A DNA stretch of 64,000 nt. Source: Eledone cirrhosa. Its lineage: Eukaryota. Shown in pieces: positions 27,781 through 41,584 of the stretch (position 1 is its first letter; each line of letters starts with the position of its first letter). The stretch is taken from positions 199,764,001-199,828,000 of the forward strand of contig OZ024743.1 in NCBI GenBank assembly GCA_964016885.1. Reading direction: 5' to 3'. The notes beneath the pieces are model-generated. The model searched no databases and had not been told where the DNA came from. It saw nothing but the letters and a program-made list of their open reading frames with translations. A program made the position numbers and the translations under genes.

Positions 27781-27904
27781 TAACAAACAACCAGAGCAGC
27801 AACAAAAACAATAACAATTATAATGGTTTCTACTTAAGGCACAAGGCCTGCAATTTGAAGGGGAGAGGATGTCAATTGTGAAGCTGGGGAGGGATTTTCA
27901 TATG

Positions 27905-28960
27905 AACGACGTCTAGTACATTCTTTGCGGCATATTGTAACGACCCTTTATGTTCTGAGTTCAAATCCCGCCGAGGTTAGCTTTGCCATTCATCCTTACG
28001 GGGTCGATGAAATAGCGTATCAGTAATGCACTGGGGTCGATTTAATCGACTTTCCCCTCCCCCAAATTGCTGACCTTGTGCCTATACTAGAAATCATTAT
28101 TATTGTGGATTGGACGGTGGATTGGCAGTATCGGTAGAGTGTCGGACGCCATGCTTTGCAGCAAAGAGTTACGGCCCTTTATGGTCTGAGTTCAAATCCC
28201 GCCGAGGTTCACTTTGCCTTTCATCCTTATGGGGTCGATAAAATAAAGTACCAGTAATACACTGGGTAATTGCTGGCCTTGTGCCTAAAGTAGAAACAAT
28301 TATTATTGTGGATTATCAGTATCGGTTGAGTGTCGGACAACATTCTTTGCGGTATACTGTTAAAAACCTTTACGTTCTCAGTTCAAATCTCGCCGAGGTT
28401 CACTTTGCCTTTCATCCTTACAGGGTCGATAAAATAGTGTACCACTAAGCACTGGGGTCGATTTAATCAACTTTGCCCTCCCCCAAAATTGTTGGCCTTG
28501 TGCCTAAATCAGAAACCCTTATAACTGTTAAGGACATGCAAGCTGTTGGAAGGCAGACCTTTGGCGTTTCTTTTAGTCTTAGGAGCTAAACTGGTTCTCT
28601 TCTCAATGAGCCAGTCGGACTCTGTCTCCAGGCCCCTCGGTATTTTTTGAACATCTCAAAGCCACAACGCTCCGCTTAAAATCGAACCAGGGTATCATGC
28701 ACACACTAGGATCGATTTAATCAACTTCCCCCTCCTCTCAAATTGCTGGCCATTTGACTAAATCAGAAGCCATTGGTGGATTGGCAGTATCGGTACAGAG
28801 CCGGACACCATGCTTTGCAGCATAGAGTTACGGCCCTTTATGGTCTGAGTTCAAATCCCGCCGAGGTTAACTTTGCCTTTCATCCTTACGGGGTCGATAA
28901 AATAAAGTACCAGTAATGCACTGAGTAATTGCTGGCATTGTGCCAAAAGTAGAAACAATT
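27905..28960 (+). mobile_element. Head-to-tail cluster of 4-5 SINE family A copies
   Basis: Copies at about 27905-28100, 28113-28300, 28306-28520, 28705-28770 (fragment), 28775-28960; more decayed copies 29190-29390. Confidence 0.88.
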
Positions 28961-29759
28961 ATTTTATGGGATAATAAGTCAGAATAGACATCAGTCTTTT
29001 ACATGCATACTATTTAAGTATTGGAACAAGCTACTGCAAAAATATCTCATCGTACCCCATGTTAAGGTCTTGAGACAATACAAAGATAGTTTTGTTATCT
29101 ATTGAAACATGATTCAGTTTAGCGTTCCTCATGCCTAAATTCGAGCTGTATATCTAGGTTGATTGAATTGTTTGAGAGTTTGATATAGGCGATGACGTAG
29201 TACTATTTGTTCCGCTTCTCTGCACTCTGAGTTCAAATTCAATCAAGGTTAACTTTGCTCTTCATCCTTTCGAGATCAATGAAATAAACATCGAATGCTA
29301 AACGATAGATTGGTGGAATTGTTAGAACCTCAAACGAGATGACTTACACCATTTATTCCAACTTTTTGTATTTTGAGTTCAAATTCCCCTGTAGCCTATA
29401 TAGATGTTATGCTTAATCCGTCACCCAGCTTAACACCATAACTTTCACCTTGGATATCTTCACCTAAGTCCTCTTTGCTGTAAGAATTTTGGCTAAGTCT
29501 CTGGTTTGGGCATATCTTGATTCTTCTCTCTCGTCAATCGCAAAGGTCCTAAACGTGGTCATGAGTACGATTTGTCCCCTCCCTGAATAAACCATAACAT
29601 TATATTGAAAATGTATCTACGCCGTGCACTGCAGACGAAAAGCAATACACATTTTGATTGTCAGTCATTATTGTCCCATGTCACTCGTCAGTGATTCTCC
29701 AAAGAGGTTCATTTAGAAGGTGGTGTGTGTGTTTGGGTGTGCGTGTGTATTTGTGTAAG

Positions 29760-29835
<76 letters not shown>

Positions 29836-29932
29836 CATACATATCAATGATATTAATAAATGGAAATCAGTTATAAATATACATATTTATATATATTTTG
29901 TTGAATTACCAACAAATTAAATATCTCTTTGG

Positions 29933-29998
<66 letters not shown>

Positions 29999-30085
29999 AA
30001 AATGAACGGGAACAAAACAGAGAGGCAGTACGAACAAAGGTTTATTAGATTCACGCTCTTGAGAGTGGGGTGGTGTGTCGGGAAC

Positions 30086-30114
30086 GACGTTTCGGGCATA
30101 AGCCCTTCTTCAGG
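30086..30114 (-). ncRNA. Penelope-type minimal hammerhead core
   Basis: Minus strand: cCTGAAGA a gggc-ttat-gccc GAAA cg TC; stem I weak; lies in a (TA)n-flanked element 29995-30145 related to 26281-26358 and 4559-4625. Confidence 0.65.
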
Positions 30115-30144
30115 CGAAAAGTGTGTGGGAAGAAAGTTCCAAGG

Positions 30145-30194
<50 letters not shown>

Positions 30195-30211
30195 ATATGT
30201 ATATATATTGA

Positions 30212-30505
30212 CTAGTGAAATACGGCTCCCACCGTATTTTTGACTAAGTAAATTAGCCTAATAGTTGGAATTATTAATAACCCACAGATTGGAAAAAGGA
30301 TCAGTATTGCCTACATGTGGGTTCGTGTCCCATGTACGGCAATGCTCATCCTTTTTCCGGTCTGTGGGTTTTTATAAACAACTATTAGCCTAATTTACTT
30401 AGTCAAAAATACGGCGGAAGCTCTATTAACACTATCCAATTTTCAAATTCTCCGCTGTTTGTAAACAAAGCTAATTTTCAAAATAATGCTAAGCTCTGTA
30501 TCTTA
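30212..30505 (+). mobile_element. Fold-back family T element, head truncated to T arm
   Basis: Inverted arms about 30230-30316 and 30329-30417 centred on gtgggttcgtgtcccat; body homologous to 8900-9030. Confidence 0.7.
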
Positions 30506-30557
30506 GATATATATACATGTATATGTATATATGTATGTATAGATACACTGAAGTAGA

Positions 30558-30664
<107 letters not shown>

Positions 30665-30942
30665 TGTCTGAGTCTGTGGATGTATATATATATATATATG
30701 TCTATATGTGTATGTTTATGTATGTGTGCGTGTATAATTGTATGTGTATGATTGAATGATATTTTGTAAAAAGTCTTATTTCACAGATGGTCTACATATA
30801 AGTATCTATCTTAGTTCTATTAACTGTTGTACTTGATACAAATTGGGTTTTATATGTTGAATATATCCTACATATCTTTCTATGTAAAATATATGGATAT
30901 GTGTAGGTGTATAAGTATGTATGTATTCATGTCATTATTATT

Positions 30943-31340
30943 GGCGGTGGATTGGCAGTATCGGTAGAGGGTCGGACGCCATGCTTTCCAGCATAGTTAC
31001 GTCCCTTTACGATCTGAGTTCAAATCCCGCCGAGGTTGACTTTGCCTTTCATCCTTGCGGGGTCGATAAAATAAAGTACCAGTAATGTACTGGGTAATTG
31101 CTGGCCTTGTGCCAAAGGTAGAAACAATTATTATTGGCAGTATTAAGGGCGGTGGATTGGCAGTATCGGTAGAGGGTCGGACGCCATGCTTTCCAGCATA
31201 GTTACGTCCCTTTACGATCTGAGTTCAAATCCCGCCGAGGTTGACTTTGCCTTTCATCCTTACGGGGTCGATAAAATAAAGTAACAGTAATGCACTGGGT
31301 AATTGCTGGCTTTGTGCCTAAAGTAGAAACAATTATTATT
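30943..31340 (+). mobile_element. Two tandem young SINE family A copies
   Basis: Near-identical full-length copies head to tail. Confidence 0.9.
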
Positions 31341-32059
31341 ATGGATGGATGGATATGTGTGCGTGTATATTTTCCAGAGAAAGAAAGAGAGAGGCGAGAG
31401 ATAAGAAGAGAGAGAGGTGGGAGAAAAAAAGAGATAGAGAGAGGAAGAAAAAGAAAAAAGAGTGAGAGAGAATAAGAAAGAGAAAGGGTGAAAGAAAGTG
31501 GGAGAGATAAATAAATAGATAGCGAGAGAGCGATATATATATATCTAGAGAGAGTATGGTAAAGAGAGAAAGTTAGTGACAGTAAGGGTACATTAATATC
31601 TCTCTGATAGCAAAGAATATTTATTACTTGGTGTTTAGTTAGGCACGTGCAGGACTTGTGCCAGTGTTTGTGTCTGGGTGTGGTGGAGGAGGTGCTTGAA
31701 GAGTAGTAGTAGTAGTAGTAGTAGTAGTAGGTGGTGGTGGCAGTAGTACTAGTAGTAGTAGTAGTAGTACTAGTAGTAGTAGCAGTGCGGTGGTGGTGGA
31801 ATAATAATAATAATAATAAGAAGAAGAATGAGAAGAAGATTTTTGTGTCTGTTATCCAGTGAAGCAGTGAAGCAGCCGAACCAGCCATTGAGTACAGGAT
31901 CATGTTCTGTTAAGGTAGCAGCCATGTTTGGTTGTTGGGAGCAGACGACTTCTATTCCTGATACTCTGTTGTATTTGATGGTCTTTCAGGCTAGAAAGTC
32001 ACTCTCTTCCATCTTCAGTTATAACAATGACAGTAGCACTAGCTTGAACAATAACATTT

Positions 32060-32660
32060 ATGTCACTGCCACCACCACCATCACCACCATCACCAACACC
32101 ACCATCACTAACACCATCGCCAACAGCAGCAGCATCACAATCACCAGCACCACCACCACCACTAGCATCGCCAGAACCACAACCACCACCACCACCGCCG
32201 CTGCCGCCGTCGCCATCACCGCCACCACCATAATCACCAGCACCAGTAACTGCACCAGCACCACTACCGCCGCCATCACCGCCACCAACACCACCAGCAC
32301 CAGTTCCTGCACCATCACCAGCGCCACCACCACCACCACCACCACCACCAACAACAACAATAACAACGACACCACCACCACCAGCAACAACGACACCACC
32401 ACCATGAACAACAACAACAACAACACCGACACCGCCACCAACTCCACCGAAAACAACGACACCAACAACAACAACGGCACCACCACCACCACCACCACCA
32501 CCAACACCACCACCACCAACACCACCGACAACAACGACACAACCGCCACCAACAACAACAATGACACCACCACCACCATCAACATCAACGACACCACCAC
32601 CAAGAACAACAATAACGACACCACCATAACAACAACAGCAACAGCAACAACAAAAATAAC
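32060..32660. repeat. (ACC/AAC)n degenerate trinucleotide array
   Basis: Direct reading; source of Thr/Asn-rich ORF. Confidence 0.9.
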
Positions 32661-32715
32661 ATGAACAAAGAAGTCACATTGGATAAGTTAGTCCTCTATA
32701 TACTATGCTTACAAA

Positions 32716-33105
32716 TAATTGTTTCTACTTTTGGCACAAGGCCAACAATTAGAACAGTGTATTACTGGTACTTTATGTTATCGACCCCGTAAGGATGAAA
32801 GACAAAGTTAACCTCGGTGGGATTTGAACTCATAATGGTAAGGGCCGTAACTCTATGCGTCAAAGCATGGCGTCCGAACCTCTACCGATACTGCCAATCC
32901 ACTACTATGCTTACAAATAATTGTTTCTACTTTTGGCACAAGGCCAGCAATTAATCCAGTACATTACTGGTACTTTATTTTATCGACCCCCGTAAGGATG
33001 AAAGGCGAAGTCAACCTCGGTGGGATTTGAACTCAGATCGTAAAGGGACGTAACTATGTTAGAAAGCATGGCGTCCGACCCTCTACCGATACTGCCAATC
33101 CACCG
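32716..33105 (-). mobile_element. Two SINE family A copies sharing a triplicated target site
   Basis: ctatgcttacaaataat at 32703, 32905 and 33106. Confidence 0.9.
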
Positions 33106-33214
33106 CTATGCTTACAAATAATAAAGCCGTGATTGTCATGAATGGAACCCCTTTGATTGTAGATGTTCTTGCTGAAGGATGTGGGTTAACAACCAAGAGT
33201 AATTACAGTGATAC

Positions 33215-33654
33215 CAAACAACAACTACAACAGCAACAGCAGTAGTAACTGCAGCGGCAGTAGTAGCAGCAGCGGCAGTAGCAACAGCGGCAGTAGCAGC
33301 AGCAGTAGTAGCAGCAGCAGTAGTAGCAGTAGCAGCAGCAACAGCCTGCAATTAACAGTTATTTCGGATTAAGATGGCGTAGTTGTTGTTGCTGTTGTGT
33401 TGTTAAAGGATGCTGTTGTTATTGTTGTTGTTGTTGGTGATGCTGCTGTTGTTGCTGCTGCCGTTGCTGTTGGTGCTGTTGGTTTTGTTGGTGGTGTTAC
33501 TGCTGCTGCTGTTGTTGTTGCTGTTGCTGTTATAGTTGATGCTGCTGCTGTTGCTGCTGCTATTATTGTTGCTGTTGCTGTTGTTGCTGATGCTGTTGTT
33601 GTTGCTGCTGCTGTTGTTGCTGTTGCTGTCACTGCTGGTGTTGCTACTGCTGTT

Positions 33655-33690
<36 letters not shown>

Positions 33691-34040
33691 GCTGTTGTTA
33701 TTGCTGTTGGTGTTGTTGCTGTTGCTATCACTGCTGGTGTTGCTACTGCTGTTATTGTTGCTGTTGTTGTTGTTGTTGCCGTTGCTGCTGTAGTTGGTGC
33801 TGCTGTACTTGCTGCTGCCGTTGGTGCTGCTGCTATTGTTGATGTTGTTGTTGCTGCTGTAGTTGATGTTGTTGGTGCTGCTGTAGTTGCTGCTGTTGTT
33901 GCTGCTTCAGCAGTTGTTGCTGTTGCTGTTATGGTTGTTGCTGCTGCTGTTCTTGTTGTTATTGCTGCTGCTGTTGCTGTTATTGCTGTTGTTGCTACTG
34001 CTACTACTGCTGTTATTGCTGCTGCTGTTGTTGTTGTTGT
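33215..34040. repeat. (AGC/AGT)n then (GTT/GCT)n arrays
   Basis: Direct reading. Confidence 0.9.
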
Positions 34041-34138
34041 CATACAATACCTTTCGCTGGAATGTCTGTAAAAGTAATTATCCCTCCGTGAAGTTATCTG
34101 AGATGCTTTGTTTTCAATTACCGATGTGATCAGGGTTC

Positions 34139-34219
<81 letters not shown>

Positions 34220-34322
34220 TCTGTGTGTGTGTGTGTGTGTCTTTGTGCGCGTGTGTGTGTGGGTGTGTGCGCGTAGTGATGTGCTGGTGATTTTATTGTT
34301 GTTATAGTTATGGTGGTGGTTA

Positions 34323-34540
34323 GGGTGGTGGATTGGCAGTATCGGTAGAGGGTCGGACGCCATGCTTCGCAGCATTGAGTTACGGCCCTTTATGATCTAA
34401 GTTCAAATCCCGCCGAGGTTAACTTTGCCCTTCATCCTTACGGGGTCTATAAAATAAAGTACCAGTCACGCACTGGAGTCGATTTAATTGACTTACCCCT
34501 CCTTTCTGGCCTTGTGCCTATATGAGAAACCATTGTTATG
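34323..34540 (+). mobile_element. SINE family A, long-tail variant
   Basis: Full head, central domain and gtcgatttaattgac tail; ttatggtggtggt on both sides. Confidence 0.88.
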
Positions 34541-34668
34541 GTGGTGGTGGTGGTGGTGGAGGTGATAGTGAAGTTGGTAAGGACTTTTGTTGTATTAGCA
34601 GAAATATATTAAAACTCATAGATCCACACACACGGACCCGTCATACACTCACGTACACACACACACAT

Positions 34669-34738
<70 letters not shown>

Positions 34739-34754
34739 GCACACACACACAGAC

Positions 34755-34807
<53 letters not shown>

Positions 34808-34936
34808 CACACACACGCGCGCGCCCACACATACACTCACATGTGTGTATATACGCGTGTTCCCGCGTGTGAATATATAAACATACATACATATATGTCG
34901 AGATGGCCGGAGCTCAGCCGTCGGAGTCCTGAATCT

Positions 34937-34980
<44 letters not shown>

Positions 34981-35163
34981 TTCAATTTATACACAGTAAC
35001 CAATTTTAAAGAGAGAGATGGAGATAGGAGAGGAGATATGAGAGGAGAGATTGGTGAATTAGTTAGAAGCCAAAGCGTAAAGGCATGTGCTCAATGTGCA
35101 ATATGCAGTAGAAAGCAGCTAAGTGGCTGGGTTCATGCAGAAGTTAGGCGCGCAGAGCTGGAA

Positions 35164-36448
35164 ATATTCATTAGTTAAGCAAAACAAGACCACAAATTTC
35201 ATAAGGAAGACATTATTAAAAGATTGTCAACATATTTTAGTTTGATGTAAGGAATGTAGAGAGTAATAATAATAATATTAATAATAATTGTTTCTATTTT
35301 TGGCACAAGGCCAGCAATTACCCAGTACATTACTGGTACTTTATTTTATCGACCCCGTAAGGATGAAAGGCAAAGTTAACCTCGGCGGGATTTGAACTCA
35401 GTCCGTAAATAATAATGTCCGTTTAGAATTGTTTCGCTACTCCATATACTATTTCTGGATCAAATGACTATATATCATTATTGATCTGGTTCAGTTGAAA
35501 ATAATTAACATATTTAAAAACAGAGCGGCTCATCGGAATTTCAAAGGAATATAAATTAAAATAAGGAAAGAATGTTACATAATGTAATGTTCCATATATT
35601 GGTATTTCACTATGGTGTCCTGGGTGTATCAATTGTCTGCCATAATCAAGCAGTATTCATCTGTCGAGGCTGCATTGTGTGAGATCTGCCTATGGGTAAC
35701 AAGATGGCCACCAATGGACATATTTACCTTACTAATTAGAGGGTGGTTTCAGGGGAAGTAACTCCTCGAGAGACTAGAAATTGTGGGTAGTTTATAGTTA
35801 AGTGCTAATTTTTTAATTTTTTAATTGAGAGACAATGTAAGGGAGGTAACTTATAATTCTCTAAGTTAGTTATAGCTATTTAACTTATTAGTTACAAGTA
35901 AAAATGGGACTAGATGACTATGTTATTAGCACTTAACTATAAACTACCCACAATTTCTAATCTCTCGAGGAGTTACTTCCCCTGAAACCACCCTCTAATT
36001 AGTAAGGTAAATATGTCCATTGGCGGCCATCTTATTACCCATAGGCAGATCTCACACAATGCAGCCTCGACAGATTGATTATGACAGACAATTGATACAC
36101 CCAGGACACCATAGTGAAATACCAATACATGGAACTTTACATTATGTAACATTCTTTCCTTATTTTAATTTATATATTAATTTATATATTTATTGAAGTT
36201 CCGATCAGCCGCTCTGTCTTTAAATATGTTAATTATTTTCAACTAAACCAGATCAATAATGATATATAGTCATTTGATCCAGAAATATTATATGGAGTAG
36301 TGAAACAATTGTAAACGGACATTATTATTATTAATATTATTATTATTACTCTCTACATTCCTTACCTCAAACTAAAATATGTTGACAATCTTTTAATAAT
36401 GTCTTCCTTGTGAAATTTGTGGTCTTGTTTTGCTTAACTAATGAATAT
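35164..36448. repeat. 1.28-kb fold-back element with about 520-bp arms
   Basis: 35164-35809 is the reverse complement of 35925-36448 apart from scattered mismatches and a truncated SINE A in the left arm (35286-35408); right end abuts (TA)n. Confidence 0.95.
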
Positions 36449-37194
36449 ATATATATATATATATAGTTTCTAGCTTATTAGCTGTCATCAGCACTGTATA
36501 CCTTCCTGACAGTCGATTGAACATTTGAAAGTATATACTTTCCTTATGCATATTAACGGCTGAGCAGCCTAATTTGCATATCGAGTGAGTTAGTATGCTG
36601 GGTGTACCGAAAACGTTAAATAGGAAAAATGAAATTTCATTTCTCACTCTTAGTACGGCTGATACTTAAATATCAGTATGTAAACGTACATACATATATG
36701 TATACATACAGGTTTCTATACAGATATGTTTCTATGAATCTGAAATCATCTATCCAACTTACGTGGTATTCCATGAGCGAACAGGGAATTCATCTCATCA
36801 ACAGCGATTCCGTTCTATTGCCTCAAACTGGTGTGAACAAACTAAATCCGACCGCTACATTAGACAGCCTTCCAACATTTCGTTGTCATGTGTTATTTCC
36901 AACAAGGAAAGCAACCCCCGCTTTTTGGCGGGTAAATTCAAAGTGTTTAACAAAGGAAGAAAATATTTCCGCTCATATATATATATATATATAACGAAGG
37001 AAGTGTGGTAAGGAACCAGGTGGACCGTAACGCACCGGGGTACTCGATACTATGGGTATTAGTGTGAGTAATAGGAAAAGATTCAGGACCCTGACGGCTG
37101 AGCTCTGGCCGTTTGGACAGCTAGTTTTCAGCTGTCGAAACGGCTGGAATTCAGCCGTCGGCGTCCTGACTATTTTCCTATGTATTGTATATTT

Positions 37195-40100
37195 TATATA
37201 TAAAGTGAAGTTGGGCGTTGTTTGTTTGGTGTCTCGAACTTGCAGGCTACACCGTTCATCCAATTTTCATGAAACTTGACACATATATAAAGCTCGATCC
37301 ATAGATTAGAATAGGCTACTTGAAATTTCGAAAAATCGATACTCGGGCCCCAGAAGCCAAAAATCGATATTTACAAAAATCGTCCGATTTCGATGAAATT
37401 TAACGTAGGTATGTATTTTGATGCGGGGATCAACGTGGGGTACTTGATAATCGAACTCCAGAGGCAAAAATCCGGCAACCGGCAACCGAAAAACGCCATT
37501 CTACTTGCTTCCATTTGTCGCTACTCCGGCCATGCAAAAAACGTTCAATCTATCAGGATTATCCACCGTAAGTCTCTTTAAATTAACGCTCACCATATTC
37601 AGCAAACCTTTTATGCCGATTCTTCCATTTCTTATATAAGGACTATCAAGACTATACCGCCGCGCATCATCCTGTATTGCGCCCCAGTCTTCTCAAGCGA
37701 TCATCGAGCCTCCATGCGCTCTCTTCATTCCCGTGGTCCCACTACCGTTGAGGCATCCGTCAACCCCTGCCGTCTCCCTTCTTTGCACGCCGTCGACCCA
37801 CTGCATCGTTGTGCATCACCATGCGCAGCTCTGCCTTGTCAGACGCAATTCATTCCCCGGCCCTTTCCATTGCCTGCCCTCCGTGGTCCTTAAGGTCTGC
37901 CACGGCTCAACATGCCGCATCCCTGATCTGTCAGCCGCCATCCTCTCCTCAGCCTTTTACTTTGCCTGCTCGCCGTGCTCCTTCAAGACTTCCATGCCTA
38001 ACCAAGCCGCATCCCTGCCACCGTCAACCCCTGCCCTCTCCCTTTCCTGCACGCCTTGGTCCCTCACGACTGCCATGGCTCACCATGCAGCATTCCTGCC
38101 CTGTCAGCAACTTGCTCAAATGTCATCAGTATAGTTTATTACCACGCCGCCCATAACCGCCCATTATCTCAGACCAAAGACAGCACCGAACATGAAGACG
38201 ATCCTGTGTAAGTCTTTTTACATTCATTTTGACCATATTTAACAAAATTAAACAAAAACTCACCTCTTTCTCCTCCAAAGCCTACCGATCATGTATGGCC
38301 GATAAACATCATGCCTTGCACCCGGTCTCCTCAAACAATCATCGTGCCTCCCGGTGCTCTCTACATTCCCGAGGTACAACTCAATTGGCATGCCGCATCC
38401 ACGCCCTGTCAGCCGCCATGCGCCCTGCCCTTTCGTCATGCCTCATCATGTTGCATTCCTTCCCTGTCAGCCGCCATGCACTCCCCGACCCTTTCCACTG
38501 CCTAGGCATGGCAGTCTTGAGGGACCAAGTCGTATCCCTGCCACCATCAACCCCTGCCCTCTCCGTTCCCTGCACGTCGTCGTCCCACTGCATCGTCATG
38601 TATCACCATGTCGCATCAATGCTCTGTCAGCCGCCATCCCCTCCTCGGCCCTTTCTTTTTCCTGCCCGCAGTGCTCCTTCAAGTCTGCCATGGCTCACCA
38701 TGCGGCATCCTTGCCACCGTCCACCCTTCCCCTCTTCCTTGTCTGCTGGCTGTCGTCCCACTGCATCGTCATGCCTAAGGATGCCGCATCCATGCACTGT
38801 CAGCCACCATTTCCTCCTCGGCCCTTTCTTTTGACTGACCGCCGTGCTCCTTCAAGACTCCCATGGCTATTCAAGCCGCATAAATTCCTTGCCACCCGCT
38901 TAAACGTCATCAGCATGGCTTATTGTTGCCCCATTTGACCACCGATTTTCGCAGGCTAAACACAATACCAACGTGCACGATAGTCCATGGTAAATCTTTT
39001 TAATTACATGTTCATCATGCTAAGCAAAGGAGAATAGCAACTCTTTCATTTCTCCTGACATGCCTTTCTGTCAATTATGGCCGAGAAGCATCCTGTGTAG
39101 CATCGCGTCTTCTCAAGCGATCAGCGTGCCTTCCCCTGTCCTCTCACAATTGACTCACAACACCGCATCTATTCCATGCGACGTCCCTAAACATCATCAG
39201 CATGGGTTATTTTTCTGCCGCGTTTAACGGGCCCTCATTCTAGGCCATAAATAACAAAACCGCACGATGATGCTGCGAAAGTCTATTTAAATTAATGGTC
39301 AACATGTTCAGCAAAACAATTGTACCAATTCTTCCTCTTCACCTCCGAGGCCTATCCCTGACATCTTAGAGATCGGGATTCGCAATTTCTACGATTTCAA
39401 TATTGACACAACAGTCAGTCAGGTTTTCGGCACATGTTGCTCCGATAGGAATATCAACGTGATTTTCACTTAATTCGTAAGTGTTCAGTCTTCCGTATGC
39501 TTTTATTTTTTATTGATACAGCACCGACTACATCATCTAACTTCACTCTGTAGGCAGGCTAGACGCGAATCACAAGGAAAACAATCCTCTGATATACAAC
39601 CCCACCAAATTCTTTGATCTACCTAGATTTCAATGGCTATATCCTTTGCTTTTGTACGGTTGTACATTTGACAATGTCGCAAAACATTATTCCACTTGAT
39701 TCTTACCTTTCAGCTATGAATTGGGCAGTGCCTTAAAATCCCGGTTTATTTGCGTTCAAATTTTTGGTATCCTATGAATGGAGAATCGAAAAGCCTTTTT
39801 CTCATAACCTGATACATGCGTTACACATGCTCCATGGATGTTTGTGGACTATTTTTTCAAAATACCAATATCACAGATTGAGCACAAAAAGAAACGTTTG
39901 TTCTTCATTTATTTCGGTTAAAGCATCCTGCTGGAATTTAGCGCAGACCCGTTTAAATCAGGCGCATTATAACCCCGAGTGTAACCGGGTACACCAGCTA
40001 GAAAGACAAATGTAAAACTTTTTTCCTTGGTCCGATTTGACGAAAGTCGATTTAGTTCCACAACAAATTAACAAACCATACTTGAAGACACGTTGAGGCT

Positions 40101-40710
40101 GTTGCAAAGGGCAATAACCTAGACACAATTTTGATCAACTTTTTTTCACCTATTGCAAATTTACCGGGACAGGTTTTTAGCTACTCAAATCTACTTCAGA
40201 GGTCACGCATTCATGGAAAAAATCAATAAAACTGAAGCGGGGGATCGACTTTGCGCAAAAAACAAGGCAAAGTTGCACATGGGAAAACTTTTTACAGGAA
40301 CGTCCGATTTTCTTGAAAACTGTCGCAAAAGACTCGCCATTATGCCGCGGTTCAGATGAAGTCCCTTTTATTTCTTCTTCTGCACATGTGAGCGCGAAAA
40401 TTGTAAAAAAAAAAAAAAAGCTGTGAAATAATCGACTTTTTCACCCTGCTTTAAAAATTAACTGAAAATTCAATTTCAAGTGAATTTGACTTCCGTCAGT
40501 CGTGCAAGGAACAATTTCAACGATACACTGTGAACCTACAATTGATCCATTATTTATGCTTAATTACACACCTGCGTCTACTAACCTCTGTTTTTTTTTT
40601 TCCTTGAGGCTCGAAGGTTTTCGAAGTTTCGAAGTTTCGAAGTTTTTCGCACATTTTAACAACAGAGCAAAAGTCGACTTACACCCGGGAAACGCCGGGT
40701 ACCTCTGCTA

Positions 40711-40711
<1 letters not shown>
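37195..40711 (+). mobile_element. Non-autonomous/degenerate Helitron
   Basis: 3' end acccgg-gaaacg-ccgggt hairpin then CTAG|T at 40708-40711; earlier hairpin+CTAG at 39972-40001; 5' tatataaagtgaag..ttgtttgtttg start is approximate. Confidence 0.65.
37568..39340. repeat. GC-rich higher-order tandem repeat inside the Helitron
   Basis: Recurring blocks ctgtcagccgccat, tcaacccctgccctctcc, cccactgcatcgtc, gtgctccttcaag; unit starts (gtaagtct..aaatt..catatt) near 37568, 38208, 38990, 39277. Confidence 0.8.
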
Positions 40712-40758
<47 letters not shown>

Positions 40759-40979
40759 ATAATAATAAATTTGAAGACTAAAATCCAAAGAAGGCTCGAT
40801 AAGGATAAATATATATCAAATATAAAGAACCCTAGAGCAAATATTTATTAAAATAACAGATTAAAGTTGATATATATATATATATATATAGGAACAAGTA
40901 TGACCCCGACGGCAGAGCTCAAGCCATTTCGACGGTTAATTCTGGACGGTCCATCTGGTTCCCTACCACATTTCCTTCG

Positions 40980-41035
<56 letters not shown>

Positions 41036-41540
41036 GAAAAGTGGTGAGCAGTGTTGTTGCAAATAGGATCTCTTCCCTTACTGCTATCCTCTTTCTCTCT
41101 CCCCCTTCCCTCTCCTTCTCCTCCTTACTTTCACTCACCCCCTCTGCTAGTTACCCTCTCTCGGCTAGCCTCTTCCTCACACTTTCATTCACTCACTCTC
41201 TGCTACTCACCCTCTCTCTCATTTCCTCCATCGTCCCACACCGTACGAGATTCTTTCCTCGCTCACATCCGCACGGCCAAGATATGTCTTTCGTCTTCTC
41301 GTCAATATTCGCACGTTCTTCTGTTCAAAATGAATTATTGACTTGATTTTTCTCATTTTTTCCTCTCTTTGCGTGGCCTCACCATTGGTGTTTGTTTACC
41401 TGTCTCTCTTTCGCCACCCAACTCTTTTTATCCCAATAACTTATTTTAGTTATTGCATCGCCCTAGCCTGAGGTATATCGTCTGTAATGCGAATAAATAC
41501 CTATGATGGCTAGCAGACCACTGATGATGGATAGTCCTGG

Positions 41541-41584
<44 letters not shown>

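Noticed and set aside
31828-34071. Thr/Asn/Ala/Val-rich mucin-like ORFs
   Set aside because: Degenerate trinucleotide arrays open in several frames on both strands, with no domain or splice support and SINEs between them
37733-38938. Several 100-200 aa ORFs in the GC-rich region
   Set aside because: Overlapping frames of a tandem repeat with no recognisable motif
41515-41545. Hammerhead at ctgatgatggatagtcc
   Set aside because: No GAAA half; sequence runs into (TA)n
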